A DNA stretch of 50,231 nt, from contig JAUCBJ010000892.1 in NCBI GenBank assembly GCA_032718475.1, positions 1 through 50,231 of the forward strand, written 5' to 3'. The notes under the pieces were generated by a model. The model ran no database searches. It was not told where the DNA came from and was given only the letters and a program-made list of their open reading frames with translations. Within the stretch, counting starts at the first letter, position 1. Every line of letters begins with the position of its first letter. This DNA is from Nemertoderma westbladi (taxonomy: Eukaryota; Animalia; Xenacoelomorpha). Made by a program: the position numbers and the translations under genes. Shown in pieces: positions 49,150 to 50,231 of the stretch.

Positions 49150-49440
49150 CAACATTGTTTTGTTTAGAAAAGCCTGCTGTAATAAAATAATTTCCCTCAA
49201 TTGTTAAAGAGATCGTTTATTGTTTTGGTTAGAAAAACCTGCCTCTTTAAACTGCTAATTTCCCTCAATTGGTAATGGGTGGTTTATTATTGTTTTGGTT
49301 AGAAAAACCCACCTCTGTAAACTACTCCTTTCCCTCAATTAGTAAAGTGATCGTTTATTGTTTTGGTTAGAAAAGCCCGCCACTGTAACCTGCTCTTTTC
49401 CCTGTTGGTAAAGTGATCTGTGATCGTTTTGGTTAGAAAA
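49150..49440 (+). repeat. About 65-70-bp tandem repeat, 4-5 copies
   Basis: Recurring TTATTGTTTTGGTTAGAAAA..CCTCTGTAA..TTTCCCTCAATT. Confidence 0.75.
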
Positions 49441-50231
49441 ATGTCTTATAGCTGTTTACATGCCATCTTGTTGTTATGTTAGTTTACAGAATTGATTTAA
49501 TTCAATTGTATTTTGTAATGTAGTGTATGTATGTATGTAATGTGATTTAATTTATTATAACTTCATTAAAACTGAGTAGGACTGAAAGCCGTTTACTGTA
49601 TGAATCACAGTCTGGCGGGATGTTGTTACAATCAGTACAGTCTGAATGTGTGAATGAAAAAATGGGGTCAAAAGCAGAAAAGAGCAATAAAATTGGTCAT
49701 GGTCATAAGAAAATAACTGCCTATATTATTAACAATAAAATCAGAAAACAGCTGATAAAAATTTTTTTTATGTAACTCAAGGACTACTGAAGTTCAGTAG
49801 TCCAGTAGTCCTTGCTGTAACTTTAGCCACGGTAATTAGCAAATAGCTGATAAATAACCGTCAGTCCAAAGGCGGTATCACTTAGGTACCGGTACACCAG
49901 AACTTACGGTAACGTTCGTTAACCGATAGGCTTACGCCTTTATGTTACCGTACAGAGATACAGCGATAGGCCTAGGTAGATAGGCCTAATATACAAATTT
50001 TAACAGTCTAAGTTTATCCTGCACGGGCACGCTAATGGTACCTGTCAGTCGGTATAGGTAGCCCAGTAGCCGGTGGGGGTGGTCATACACACACGAAAGA
50101 TACCGTCCCGTCGGCCATATCAGATACTACTGTACTAGTAGTTCTGAGTCTGACCCTGTGGCGTGGCCGACACTGTACTACAGTGCTGCAGTACGTACTG
50201 ACCTAGGCCTACTATGTTAGTGTCGGAAGTA

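Overview
AT-rich animal (probably aquatic invertebrate) nuclear DNA with spliceosomal genes embedded in dense, nested transposon sequence; the species cannot be determined from the sequence. Host genes: the 5' four exons of a synaptophysin/synaptoporin-family gene (minus strand, running off the left edge), an intronless KIF-binding protein (KIFBP) gene, two apparently orphan FANCJ/BRIP1 exons that together encode the Fe-S domain, an SLC18B1-like MFS transporter, and a 153-bp-repeat ORF. Mobile elements: an intact GalEa-type Ty1/copia element with identical 84-bp LTRs, three RTE-like LINE copies, a second APE-type LINE, two SINE copies (one with an internal 36-bp minisatellite expansion) and many MITEs. 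The best finding is an introner-like event: a 342-bp Mutator-like MITE with a 10-bp TSD sits in the MFS coding sequence, supplies a GG|GTGAGT donor from its TIR and co-opts a host AG next to the TSD, so splicing would remove exactly the 352 inserted bases and restore the protein with one synonymous change. All calls come from reading by eye and recalled family motifs; no searches were run.
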